From Planctomycetota bacterium (GTDB taxonomy: Bacteria; Planctomycetota; B15-G4; JADJEK01): 64,000 bases of DNA. The stretch covers positions 64,001 through 128,000 of the forward strand of contig JBGAIQ010000014.1 of assembly GCA_044225365.1 (NCBI GenBank). The letters are read 5' to 3'. Shown here piece by piece: positions 1-9,293 of the stretch; position 1 is the first letter of the stretch, and every line of letters begins with the position of its first letter. The translations under genes and the position numbers were made by a program. The notes beneath the pieces were generated by a model. The model ran no database searches and had not been told where the DNA came from. It worked only from the letters and a program-made list of their open reading frames with translations.

Positions 1-308
1 CGTGCAAGAAGGTGAGCAAGAGCGACGCGAACTTCGTCTGGATCGACGCGCAATTCCTCGCCGATCACAAGGTGCAGGCGTGGGCCGATCTCCCCGACTG
101 GTTCCCGCCGCCCGAAGGCAAGGACGAAGTCGCCGTGCTCAGCTCGGAGAAGGCGATTGCGAACGGCCTGAAGTTCCGCCCGCTCGAAACGACGATCGAG
201 GACACGCTCGAATTCCACAAGAGCCGCGGCGAGTCGTACAAGCCCACGTGGCGCCTCACCCCCGAGCGCGAAGCCGAGGTCCTGAAGGCGTGGCGCGAGA
301 AGGGTTGA
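1..308 (+). CDS. NAD-dependent epimerase/dehydratase family protein, 3' end only (runs off the window start)
   Basis: C-terminal sequence (W.D..FL..H.V..W.DLP.W.P...A...GL.FRP...T...L.PERE.E) aligns by eye with the C-terminus of the paralog at 48392-49471. Confidence 0.8.
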   Translation, partial: CKKVSKSDANFVWIDAQFLADHKVQAWADLPDWFPPPEGKDEVAVLSSEKAIANGLKFRPLETTIEDTLEFHKSRGESYKPTWRLTPEREAEVLKAWREKG

Positions 309-360
309 GAGCGACGAGAAGGGCTTCGATTTCGCGATCGGCTGATACGCTGGTCGCCCG

Positions 361-1353
361 ATGAAAGCGCTGAAGCGACTTCTGATCCTCGCCGTCTCGT
401 TCGTCCTCGCTCTCCTCGCCGCGGAGTGCGTCTGTCGCGTGCTCCCCGGCGCGAAGAGCGCGGATTTCTTCGAAGTCACGCCGTGGTTGAAGGCGGACTT
501 CTATCGCCTCGCCGAGAAGGTCGGCTACGAGATCATCCCGAGCGTGAGCGAGCAGGTGAACTCGCTGGGCATGCGCGGCGCCGAGCGGCCGGCGACGAAG
601 CCGAAAGGCGGTTTTCGCGTCCTCGTCCTCGGCGATTCGGTCGCCTACGGCGTGGGCGTCGGCCCGAACGACACGTTCTCCGCAAAGCTCGAGGCTTTGC
701 TGAAGGGCAAAGCGAGCGGCCGCTACGTCGACGTCCTGAATGCCGGCGTCTCCGGTTACAACACGCTCCAGGAGCTCGAAGTCCTGGAGAAGCGACTTCC
801 GCTCGAACCCGATGTCGTCGTCCTCTCGTATTGCCCGAACGACATCAGCTCGACGCCGATCCTCTTCAAGCAGGGCGATGCGTTCTGCTTCTACTCCGCG
901 GGCTCGGAGCCGCGAACCTACTCCTCGTTCCTGATCGAACACTCGGCCTTGTTCCGCCGCCTCGTCGTGGCACGCGAAGCCGCATTCCGCGTGGCCGCCG
1001 ACGGCGAGCTCTCCCGACAGAACAATCTCGACGCGCTCCGCCGCCTCGCCGCGTCGCTGCGAGCGAAGAAGATCCCGCTGCTCGTCGTCATCTTCCCCTA
1101 CCTCCTCGAGGAGTTGACGAAGTATGCGCCCACGAACGCGCGACTGCACGAAGACGTTCGCAAGATCATCGGCGACGAATTGAAGGGGGATGAAGGCGGC
1201 GTGATCGACCTGCTCGAAGTGTGGCGCAACCGCGACTACAAGAGCCTGCGCAATCGAATCGACCCGAGCGATTACGTCCATCCCAACGAGGATGGGCACC
1301 GTGAGGCGGCCGACCTCATGTCCGGCTGGATCTCGCAACACGCGTGGAAGTGA
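361..1353 (+). CDS. SGNH/GDSL hydrolase family protein with N-terminal membrane anchor
   Basis: Motifs LVLGDS, VLNAGVSG, YCPND and DYVHPN; hydrophobic N-terminus. Confidence 0.88.
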   Translation: MKALKRLLILAVSFVLALLAAECVCRVLPGAKSADFFEVTPWLKADFYRLAEKVGYEIIPSVSEQVNSLGMRGAERPATKPKGGFRVLVLGDSVAYGVGVGPNDTFSAKLEALLKGKASGRYVDVLNAGVSGYNTLQELEVLEKRLPLEPDVVVLSYCPNDISSTPILFKQGDAFCFYSAGSEPRTYSSFLIEHSALFRRLVVAREAAFRVAADGELSRQNNLDALRRLAASLRAKKIPLLVVIFPYLLEELTKYAPTNARLHEDVRKIIGDELKGDEGGVIDLLEVWRNRDYKSLRNRIDPSDYVHPNEDGHREAADLMSGWISQHAWK

Positions 1354-1380
1354 ACCCCGCTCGCGGTCCTCGATTCTTGA

Positions 1381-2427
1381 TCAGGGCCCGATTCGTTTCG
1401 TAGCGACGAACCAATCGAAGATGCGCTTCGCCGCGTAAGCGTGGCCCTTGGCATTCGGATGGACGAAGTCGTCGGCGGCTTCGGGTCGCTTCCAGATGCG
1501 GTAGTCGGTGTCCTTCCACTCCGCGAGCAGATCGACGAGCGGGACCTTCAACTCGTTCGTGACCTTGATGAGACCGCGCTCGGTATTCCAGTCGACTTGC
1601 AGGTACTGATCGAAGGGGCCTTGCAGATAGGGAAAGGCACACACGATCAGCGCTAGGTTCTTCTCGGTCGCGAACTGCGACAGCTTGGCGAGCGACGCGA
1701 ACTGCGAATCCGGATCGAACAACAATCCGAATTTCAGGTCCGCATTCGCGCGATACGTGCCGCTCTCCTTCATGTGTGAGATCTCACGCGCCGCGAGGAA
1801 GGTCCGATACAGCGCGGAGTGCTCGATCAGGAACGGGCTGTAGAGCGCACGCCCCGAACCCTGGCGGAAGTAGCGGAGATGGTCGCCCTCGCGGAAGACG
1901 ATCGGCGTCGAGTGCACGTCGTTCGGGCAGTGCGCGACGACGACCGCATCGGGTGCGAGCGGCATGCCGCGATGCACCAACCAATCCCATTCCTGCTCGG
2001 TGTTGTAGCTGATGACACCGGCATTGAGGACCTCGATCGTCCGGTCCGGATAACGCTGCCGCAGCAGCGTCTCGAGCACGGAGGACATCGTCTCCTCGGG
2101 CTTCACGCCGATGCCGTAGGCGATCGAGTCTCCGAGCACGATCACGCGATACGCGCCCGCGGGCTTCTCCACCCGAATCTCGCGCATGCGCATCCCGAGG
2201 GAGTTGATCTCTTCGGTCGCGTGCGGCCGGATCTCGAAGCCTCGGACGGAACCGTCGACGAGCTGATAGAAGTCCGTCCGCATGTTCAACTGATCGTCGA
2301 ACTGCGCCTGCGCGAACTTGCCGAGACGAACTCGACACACCCACTCGGCGAGCAGGAGGACGACGACGAACGATCCCGCGCCGAGCGCGAGTCGCTGGAG
2401 GAGGCTCGATCGTGCCTTGCCCGTCAT
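1381..2427 (-). CDS. SGNH/GDSL hydrolase family protein, paralog of 361-1353
   Basis: Motifs IVLGDS, VLNAGV, HCPND and DFVHPN; ATGA overlap with the kbl stop. Confidence 0.88.
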   Translation of the reverse strand: MTGKARSSLLQRLALGAGSFVVVLLLAEWVCRVRLGKFAQAQFDDQLNMRTDFYQLVDGSVRGFEIRPHATEEINSLGMRMREIRVEKPAGAYRVIVLGDSIAYGIGVKPEETMSSVLETLLRQRYPDRTIEVLNAGVISYNTEQEWDWLVHRGMPLAPDAVVVAHCPNDVHSTPIVFREGDHLRYFRQGSGRALYSPFLIEHSALYRTFLAAREISHMKESGTYRANADLKFGLLFDPDSQFASLAKLSQFATEKNLALIVCAFPYLQGPFDQYLQVDWNTERGLIKVTNELKVPLVDLLAEWKDTDYRIWKRPEAADDFVHPNAKGHAYAAKRIFDWFVATKRIGP

Positions 2428-3614
2428 CGCACGACGCCGAGCTTCCTTCCCACCTTGGTGAACGCCGCGACGGCCTGCTCGACCATGTCGGGCGTGTGTG
2501 CCGCGGAGAGCTGGACACGAATTCGGTCCTGCTTCTTCGGAACCACGGGATACGTGAATGCGATCACGTAGACACCCTCACCGAGCAGCTCTTCCGCCAT
2601 CTTCTGGGCGACCTTCGGGTCGTAGAGCATCACCGGCACGATCGGATGGAACCCCGGCTTGATGTCGAAGCCCGCGGCCGTCATGCCCTCACGGAATCGT
2701 TTCGCGTTCTTCTCGAGCCGGTCGCGCAGCTCGGTCGACTTCGAGATCAAATCGAGCGCGGCGATCGAACCACCGGCCACGGCCGGCGGCAACGTGTTCG
2801 AGAACAGATACGGTCGCGAACGCTGGCGCAGGAGGTCGATGATCGGCTTCTTCCCCGTCGTGAATCCACCGACCGCGCCGCCGAGCGCCTTGCCGAGCGT
2901 CGACGTGATGACGTCGATCCGCTTCATGACACCGAAGTGCTCCGGCGTACCGCGCCCGGTCTTGCCGATGAAGCCCGTCGCGTGCGATTCGTCGACCATC
3001 ACCATGGCGGAGTGCTTCTCCGCGAGGTCGCAGATCTTGTCGAGCGGCGCGAGATCGCCGTCCATCGAGAACACACCGTCGGTCACGATGATCTTGTCGC
3101 GGAGCGACGCGGCGTCCTTCAGCTTTGCCTCGAGATCGCTCATGTCCGCGTGCTCGTAGATGAAGCGCTGCGCCTTCGCGAGGCGTACGCCATCGATGAT
3201 CGACGCGTGGTTCAGCTTGTCCGCGACGATCGCGTCCTCGGCGCCCAGCACGCATTCGAAGATGCCGCCGTTCGCGTCGAAGCAGCTCGTGTAGACGATC
3301 GTGTCCTCGGTCCCGAAGAACTCGCAGATCTTCTTCTCGAGCGCCTTGTGCACGTCCTGCGTGCCGCAGATGAAGCGCACCGACGACAAGCCGTAGCCAC
3401 GCTCGTCGAGGGTGCGATGCGCGGCGGCGACGAGTTCCGGATGCGAGGAGAGGCCGAGATAGTTGTTCGCGCAGAAGTTCAGGTACTCGCGTCCACCGAC
3501 GCGGATCCGCGCGCCCTGCGGCGACTCGATGATGCGCTCGTTCTTGAAGACGCCGTCGGCCTTGATCTGCTCGAGGGTGGATTCGATACGAGCGCGGGCT
3601 TGATCGCTGAACAT
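2424..3614 (-). CDS. kbl: Glycine C-acetyltransferase (2-amino-3-ketobutyrate CoA ligase)
   Basis: NFCANNYLGL, SSVRFICGTQ, SCFDANGG, LNHASIIDG, TLGKALGG (PLP Lys), LRQRSRPYLFSN, RIRVQLSAAH; GGAG RBS. Confidence 0.95.
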   Translation of the reverse strand: MFSDQARARIESTLEQIKADGVFKNERIIESPQGARIRVGGREYLNFCANNYLGLSSHPELVAAAHRTLDERGYGLSSVRFICGTQDVHKALEKKICEFFGTEDTIVYTSCFDANGGIFECVLGAEDAIVADKLNHASIIDGVRLAKAQRFIYEHADMSDLEAKLKDAASLRDKIIVTDGVFSMDGDLAPLDKICDLAEKHSAMVMVDESHATGFIGKTGRGTPEHFGVMKRIDVITSTLGKALGGAVGGFTTGKKPIIDLLRQRSRPYLFSNTLPPAVAGGSIAALDLISKSTELRDRLEKNAKRFREGMTAAGFDIKPGFHPIVPVMLYDPKVAQKMAEELLGEGVYVIAFTYPVVPKKQDRIRVQLSAAHTPDMVEQAVAAFTKVGRKLGVVR

Positions 3615-3698
3615 GTTCGGACTCCTCTCGGAATCCGGCGATCATACGACGTCTTGCCGCAAAACCGAATGGGGTCGCGATCGCTCGCGGCCAGGTCG

Positions 3699-4778
3699 TC
3701 AGGGTCGCGGAACGACGACGAAGCGGGGGAAATACAGTCGGTCGTCCGCGACGAGCTTTCCGAAGTCGAGATGATTCGAACAGTAGGTGAGCACGAGACC
3801 GCCGGTGTCACCGCGCAGCTCCGGATGGGCCTTGCCCTGGTAGAGCAGCACGCGATCGATCGCCTTCTCCGGCGGCGAGTAGACTTTCTCGAGCTTCGAC
3901 CACGGCCCCTCGAGCGCGGGGGCGTGACGCGTTTCGATGTCGGTCGCACCGAATCCGGTCGCCTGATATTGCACGAACTCCTTCGACCCTGGATCGCGAT
4001 GCACCGTGAACTCGGGGGACGCCGCTTCGAACACCGGCTTCGCGAGCGCCCGACACTGCTCGAGATCCCGCTCGTTCGTGACTCCGAGAAATCCCTTCTC
4101 GCCCGCCCACCATTCGATGCCCGTGAGATCGCCGTCGCGCGCCTTGGCGAGCGGAAAGCGCGCGAGGAAGACGTTCGTGCCGCCCGGATCGCGCGGCGCG
4201 TAGGCCCATACGTACTCGCCCTCGACGACCACGGCGCAGGCGCCGACGATGAACTCGGCGCTGTTCCGCGGCGTATCGGCCTTGCGGATCTTCCACGCCT
4301 TCGGATCGGAGTCGAGGCCCTCGACGATTACCGCGCCCCACTCCGTCACCTTGAATCCGAGGCCTTCCTTCACCGCGTGGACGCGCATCAAGAATACGAG
4401 CAGTCGGTCGCCGAGCTTGACCGCATCGCCAGGCCAGAACCGATCGCCATCGACGTCCGGGAAGAACGCCCGCGGTGTTCCATCCTCCGCGCGTCTCCAA
4501 TGGAATTCGATCGAGGCATGACTCGGGTCGCGGCCCTTCTCGATCGCGATCGTGTTGCCGACGATCGTCGCACCCTCGCTACGACGCGAGCCCTTGCCGG
4601 TGGGGTCGATGAATGTGTCGGCGAAGAGCCAAAGTATGCGGTCGTCCCCGAGATCGACGGAATACGCCCCATCGGCGCCCACCCAGAATTGGTCGTGACG
4701 AAAGAGCTCGTCCGCCGCGGGCCACGCCTTCGCTTCGTCGGAGGCTTGGACGTGCGGGACGAGGAACGCGAGGAACAT
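3699..4778 (-). CDS. Secreted DUF4185/DUF5005-like beta-propeller protein (start uncertain)
   Basis: W.GADG.YS.DL.D.R.LWLF.DTF N-terminal motif and Y..KAHP..Y.PRF C-terminal motif; short hydrophobic leader. Confidence 0.65.
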   Translation of the reverse strand: MFLAFLVPHVQASDEAKAWPAADELFRHDQFWVGADGAYSVDLGDDRILWLFADTFIDPTGKGSRRSEGATIVGNTIAIEKGRDPSHASIEFHWRRAEDGTPRAFFPDVDGDRFWPGDAVKLGDRLLVFLMRVHAVKEGLGFKVTEWGAVIVEGLDSDPKAWKIRKADTPRNSAEFIVGACAVVVEGEYVWAYAPRDPGGTNVFLARFPLAKARDGDLTGIEWWAGEKGFLGVTNERDLEQCRALAKPVFEAASPEFTVHRDPGSKEFVQYQATGFGATDIETRHAPALEGPWSKLEKVYSPPEKAIDRVLLYQGKAHPELRGDTGGLVLTYCSNHLDFGKLVADDRLYFPRFVVVPRP

Positions 4779-5165
4779 GCCCAGGATTCCGGACCAACGT
4801 GCTCGCCAGTGCGGCCGTGGATCGCCGGGAACATCTCTTCGTTCGATCAAGCGCTCTCCGTGGCTGAGAGACCCAAGAATGGAACCGATCGGACCGAACG
4901 CGTGGTGACGGACTCCATGGTATTCCAACGCGTGGTCCATGCAAGCGCTCCCGACCGACCGCTCGGTCCATCGAACCGGCAACTTTGGATTTCCTGACGA
5001 TTCGATGTCGCAGTCGCGGCTGTTCCGACGTCCGCATCTTCGATGATGCGCCCGTCACCTGAAATTGGCTGCTCGCGGTACGAGAAACTCGCGAACGGAC
5101 ATTCGTCTCGAGGCGGGCTGCGATCGAGGACCATCCAATCTCAACGTCATTCTCAGGAGGTCGGC

Positions 5166-6512
5166 ATGCGCGCTGCGATTCGTAGATTCTATCTCCACTC
5201 CGTCGTATGGCTCGTCGTGACCATCCCCATGGTCGATTCGCGAGCAGGGGGCCATATCGACACCGGTACGCTGGTCGCGGTTTCGCAAGGAACCTACGGA
5301 GCGATCCAATACATGCGTTACGAAGCGATGTTCGCCGGAGCGACGGCGGCAGGGCATTCGTATCGAGTGCCCTGCCAGATCATCGCTCCACTGAACCCCG
5401 AGAAGGGGCAAGGCCTGCTCTTGTTCGACTGGCTCGTGCCGAGTCTGATTCCAACGGCCGTAGGCCAGGAGCAAGCCGATGCGAGGTACACGCTGACCGA
5501 CGAATTCCTCTTCGGCCTCGGCGCTTCCTACGCCACGGTTCGGTGCAACCCGGCGGGTATTGGCAAGAAGTCTCCGGTGGCCAATCCTGTTCGCCCGTGG
5601 TCGGACGGGTTGCTCGACACGAGCGGCGAGTTCATTTCCTCCGCCGGCGACGAGTTCGACATCGTGGTCGACTTCGTGAACGCACTCCGGACGGACCCCG
5701 CTGCGATCCAACGCCTGGGAAACGTCCAGCGTACGGCGGCCTTCGGCTACTCTGCATCCGGATATCGATTGCGGGGTTTGTTACGAACCGGCTCGGGCAA
5801 GGGTCTCTTCGACTTCTCGCTCGTCGGAGGCACGGGAAACGGTTTCGACAAGCCCGCCGGAAACAAGATCGGATTCTCGAACGCTGAGAAACCGCCCCTC
5901 GCGGGAGCTGGACTGGAGATCGATTTCCAGTCGGAGACCGATGTCGTCGCCTTGGGGGCGCACAAGACGAGGCACGAGGAGCCGAACTATCGCGCGTATC
6001 AATTCGCCGGCGCTTCGCACCTTCGGGGCGTCGACGTCGCGGAATTCGGTCTGCCGGATCCGGAACTGGCGAATTCCGCGGACTGGGTACCTTTCTTCCG
6101 CGCGCTATTCGTCGCCGGGTACAACTGGTGCGACGGAATCGCTCCGCCCCCCAGCATTTGGCTCGGGGCTCCCAATGACCCGACGATCGCCCGCGACGCC
6201 AAGGGAAACGCGCTCGTGCGCTACGTCGGAGCCAAGCCGTCGGTCACCGCCGCGTTTCGCCTCCCGGAAGTCGCGGTCGGCGAGAATCAGTACATTCCAG
6301 TGGCCACGGCCTACGACGACGGAACGTTTCTAGGCACCCTCCGCGTACTCGCGGGAGGACATGTCGACCTCGCGAGCACCTTTGCCAGCCACGCTCAATA
6401 CGTCAGCGACGTGACACTGCATGCGAGCGGCCTCGCCGCCCAGGGCTACCTCTTGCAGGCGGATGCCGATGCGATCGTTCAGCAAGCCATCCAGTCGGAC
6501 ATCGGAAACTGA
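5166..6512 (+). CDS. Secreted alpha/beta hydrolase domain protein (Abhydrolase_10-like)
   Basis: AGGAGG RBS; signal-like N-terminus; GYSASG nucleophile elbow, QSETD, AGASH, RD..GNA, GYLL.AD motifs. Confidence 0.7.
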   Translation: MRAAIRRFYLHSVVWLVVTIPMVDSRAGGHIDTGTLVAVSQGTYGAIQYMRYEAMFAGATAAGHSYRVPCQIIAPLNPEKGQGLLLFDWLVPSLIPTAVGQEQADARYTLTDEFLFGLGASYATVRCNPAGIGKKSPVANPVRPWSDGLLDTSGEFISSAGDEFDIVVDFVNALRTDPAAIQRLGNVQRTAAFGYSASGYRLRGLLRTGSGKGLFDFSLVGGTGNGFDKPAGNKIGFSNAEKPPLAGAGLEIDFQSETDVVALGAHKTRHEEPNYRAYQFAGASHLRGVDVAEFGLPDPELANSADWVPFFRALFVAGYNWCDGIAPPPSIWLGAPNDPTIARDAKGNALVRYVGAKPSVTAAFRLPEVAVGENQYIPVATAYDDGTFLGTLRVLAGGHVDLASTFASHAQYVSDVTLHASGLAAQGYLLQADADAIVQQAIQSDIGN

Positions 6513-6590
6513 GGCCAGACGGCGATCCGGGACGCAACCGAACTGGTAGCCTCTCATTCGACGCGACCCCTCGTGGTCGGCGAATTCGAC

Positions 6591-8906
6591 ATGCTGAGGC
6601 CCGCCATCGACCCGGTTCCCATCGAGCAGCAAGTGCGATCGCGCGTCGATCTCGCGATCGAAGGCATGACCTGCAACGGCTGCGCACTGAAGGTCGAAGG
6701 CGGGTTGAAGCGGCAGCCCGGCGTGCTGAGTGCCGCGGTGAACTTCGCGACGTCGCGAGCGACGATCGAGTTCGATTCGAGCGCGACCGACCCCAAAGCG
6801 CTCGCGACGGCCGTCCACGAGCTGGGTTACTCCGTGCCGGACGCGAGCCTCGTCGCGGCCGAGGAGCGACTTCTCGGCCACGACGACCTCGCCCTCGCGC
6901 AGGCCGAGGACGCCGCCCTCGAACAGGAGCGCACAGCGGAGATCGCGCGCACGAAGAATCGGTTCGTCGTCTGCCTCGTCTTCACGCTCCCCTTGCTCGT
7001 GCTCGCGATGAGCCACGGGGCGATCCATCTCGCACGGATGCACGAGATCCAGTTCCTGCTTGCGACGCCGGTCGTCGTTTACGGCGGCCGGCCATTCCTC
7101 GTCGCGACAATGAAGGGTCTCGCGCATCGCACCGTCGACATGAACACGCTGGTCAGCGTCGGCACGCTCGCGGCCTACGGCTACTCGATCGCGAGCCTGT
7201 TCCTCGGCATGACGACGCCCGTCTACTTCGAGGCCGCCGCATCGATCGTCACACTCGTGCTCTTCGGTCGACTCCTCGAATCCGGCGCGCGCGGCCGAAC
7301 GACCGCCGCACTCCATGCACTCGCTCGGCTTCAGGCGAAGTCCGCCTGCGTCGTCGAGAACGACGTCGAACGCGCCGTTCCCATCGACGAAGTGCGCGTC
7401 GGCGACTTCGTGCGAGTTCGCCCCGGCGAGCGAATCCCCGTCGATGGAGATGTCGTACGCGGCGGCTCAGCCGTCGACGAATCGATGCTCACGGGCGAGA
7501 GTCTCCCGGTCGACAAGATCGCCGGCGACCGTGTCTACGGCGGCACGCTGAACGCCTCCGGTTCGTTCGATCTGCGCGCCACGAAGGTCGGCGCTGCGAC
7601 CGCACTCCAGCGCATCGTCCAACTCGTTCGCGACGCGCAGGGCGGAAAAGCGAAGATTGCGCGTCTCGCCGATCGCGTGAGCGGTGTCTTCACGCTCACC
7701 GTCATCGCCATCGCGATCGTCGCCGCCATCGCGTGGCTCGTTCTCGATCCGAGCCCCGGGCTACAGGAACGCCTCCAGCACGCACTTCTCGCCTTCGTGT
7801 CGGTACTGATCATCGCGTGTCCCTGCGCACTCGGTCTCGCCACTCCGACAGCGATCCTCGTCGCGACCGGTCGCGGCGCCGAGCGCGGGATCCTCTTCAC
7901 GAGCGGCACCTCTCTCGAGACGGCGAGCACGATCGACACCGTGCTGCTCGACAAGACCGGAACCGTGACGACGGGCCGCCCTGAAGTGACGAACGCACTT
8001 CCCAATGCGGGATTCGACGAAGCAACGCTGCTCGCCCTCGCGGGTGCCGCCGAGAAGGGAAGCGAACATCCGATCGGCGCTGCGATCGTCCGCGCAGCGA
8101 CCGATCGCGCGGGAAGCCCCGCGTCGCCCGAGGAGTTCGAGGCCCTCGCGGGCCATGGCGTCGTCGCGACGGTCTCGAAGAAGCGCGTCGTGGTCGGAAA
8201 CGCGAGACTGCTCGCCGAGCGCGGGATCGCGTTCGAAGAAGGCGCTGGAATCGAGGCCGAGTACGAATCACTCGGAGACGACGGCAAGACCGTGATCTTC
8301 GTCGGTGTCGACGGTCGATTCGCCGGCCTGCTCGCCGTCGCCGACGTCGAGAAGCCCGAGGCGAAGGGCGCGATCGCTCGGCTCGTCGCGCTCGGCCTGC
8401 GAGTCGTCATGGTGACCGGAGACAACTCCCGGGCGGCGGGAGCGATCGCGCGTCGAGTCGGTATCCCGAACGATGATGAGACCGTCTTCGCGAACACCTT
8501 GCCGGAGGGCAAGGTCGACGTCGTGCGGTCCCTGAAGGCCGCAGGCCGCAACGTGGCGATGGTCGGGGACGGCGTCAACGACGCCCCCGCGCTCGCCGCA
8601 GCGGACCTGGGAATCGCGATCGGGACGGGCGCCGATGTCGCGCTCGCGGCCGCCGATGTCGCGCTCGTGCGAAGCGATTTGAACGGTGTCGCGGAGGCCA
8701 TCGAACTCGGTCGCGCGACTCTGCGCACGATTCGCCAGAACCTCTTCTTCGCGTTCTTCTACAATTGCCTCGGGATCCCGATCGCGGCCGGTGCGTTGTA
8801 TCCATTCACTGGCACGCAGCTCTCGCCGATGCTCGCGAGCGCAGCAATGGCGCTGTCGAGCGTGTCGGTCGTGAGCAACAGCCTGCGCCTCCGGCGCGGG
8901 CGATGA
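6591..8906 (+). CDS. copA: Cu(I)-translocating P1B-type ATPase
   Basis: [43 protein letters not shown] and MALSS motifs. Confidence 0.92.
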   Translation: MLRPAIDPVPIEQQVRSRVDLAIEGMTCNGCALKVEGGLKRQPGVLSAAVNFATSRATIEFDSSATDPKALATAVHELGYSVPDASLVAAEERLLGHDDLALAQAEDAALEQERTAEIARTKNRFVVCLVFTLPLLVLAMSHGAIHLARMHEIQFLLATPVVVYGGRPFLVATMKGLAHRTVDMNTLVSVGTLAAYGYSIASLFLGMTTPVYFEAAASIVTLVLFGRLLESGARGRTTAALHALARLQAKSACVVENDVERAVPIDEVRVGDFVRVRPGERIPVDGDVVRGGSAVDESMLTGESLPVDKIAGDRVYGGTLNASGSFDLRATKVGAATALQRIVQLVRDAQGGKAKIARLADRVSGVFTLTVIAIAIVAAIAWLVLDPSPGLQERLQHALLAFVSVLIIACPCALGLATPTAILVATGRGAERGILFTSGTSLETASTIDTVLLDKTGTVTTGRPEVTNALPNAGFDEATLLALAGAAEKGSEHPIGAAIVRAATDRAGSPASPEEFEALAGHGVVATVSKKRVVVGNARLLAERGIAFEEGAGIEAEYESLGDDGKTVIFVGVDGRFAGLLAVADVEKPEAKGAIARLVALGLRVVMVTGDNSRAAGAIARRVGIPNDDETVFANTLPEGKVDVVRSLKAAGRNVAMVGDGVNDAPALAAADLGIAIGTGADVALAAADVALVRSDLNGVAEAIELGRATLRTIRQNLFFAFFYNCLGIPIAAGALYPFTGTQLSPMLASAAMALSSVSVVSNSLRLRRGR

Positions 8907-8936
8907 GTGGTATCGCACCGCACGAGGAATCGGCAC

Positions 8937-9287
8937 ATGGCCTTCGAAGATCGCTCGAAACCGCTCCTATCTCGATCGGCTTTCGTCCTACGAGTTCTGC
9001 GGAACTTCAGTATTGCGTCGGCGATCGTCGCCGTCTCGCTGCTGCTAGGAATGATCGGCTATCACCACTTCGAACAGTTGAATTGGATCGACGCCTTCGC
9101 GAACGCGTCGATGATCCTGTCGGGAATGGGACCCATCTGCGTGATGCACTCCGACGGCGGCAAGATCTTCGCGGGTTGCTATGCCCTCTACAGCGGACTC
9201 GCCCTCGTCACGACGACGAGCATCGTGCTCGCGCCGTTGATCCATCGACTCCTGCATACTTTTCACGCCGAAGTCGCGGACGATTGA
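8937..9287 (+). CDS. Small membrane protein resembling a pore-only potassium-channel (Ion_trans_2-like) module
   Basis: TM helix, GY..FE..WIDAF, pore-like SGMGP, GKIF, TM helix; GAGGA RBS. Confidence 0.65.
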   Translation: MAFEDRSKPLLSRSAFVLRVLRNFSIASAIVAVSLLLGMIGYHHFEQLNWIDAFANASMILSGMGPICVMHSDGGKIFAGCYALYSGLALVTTTSIVLAPLIHRLLHTFHAEVADD

Positions 9288-9293
9288 GCCCCG

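Noticed and set aside
2412-4997. 861-aa plus-strand ORF and other long antisense ORFs (e.g. 46365-48596, 27769-29727, 57149-58822)
   Set aside because: They lie opposite genes with clear family motifs; long shadow ORFs are expected at this GC content.
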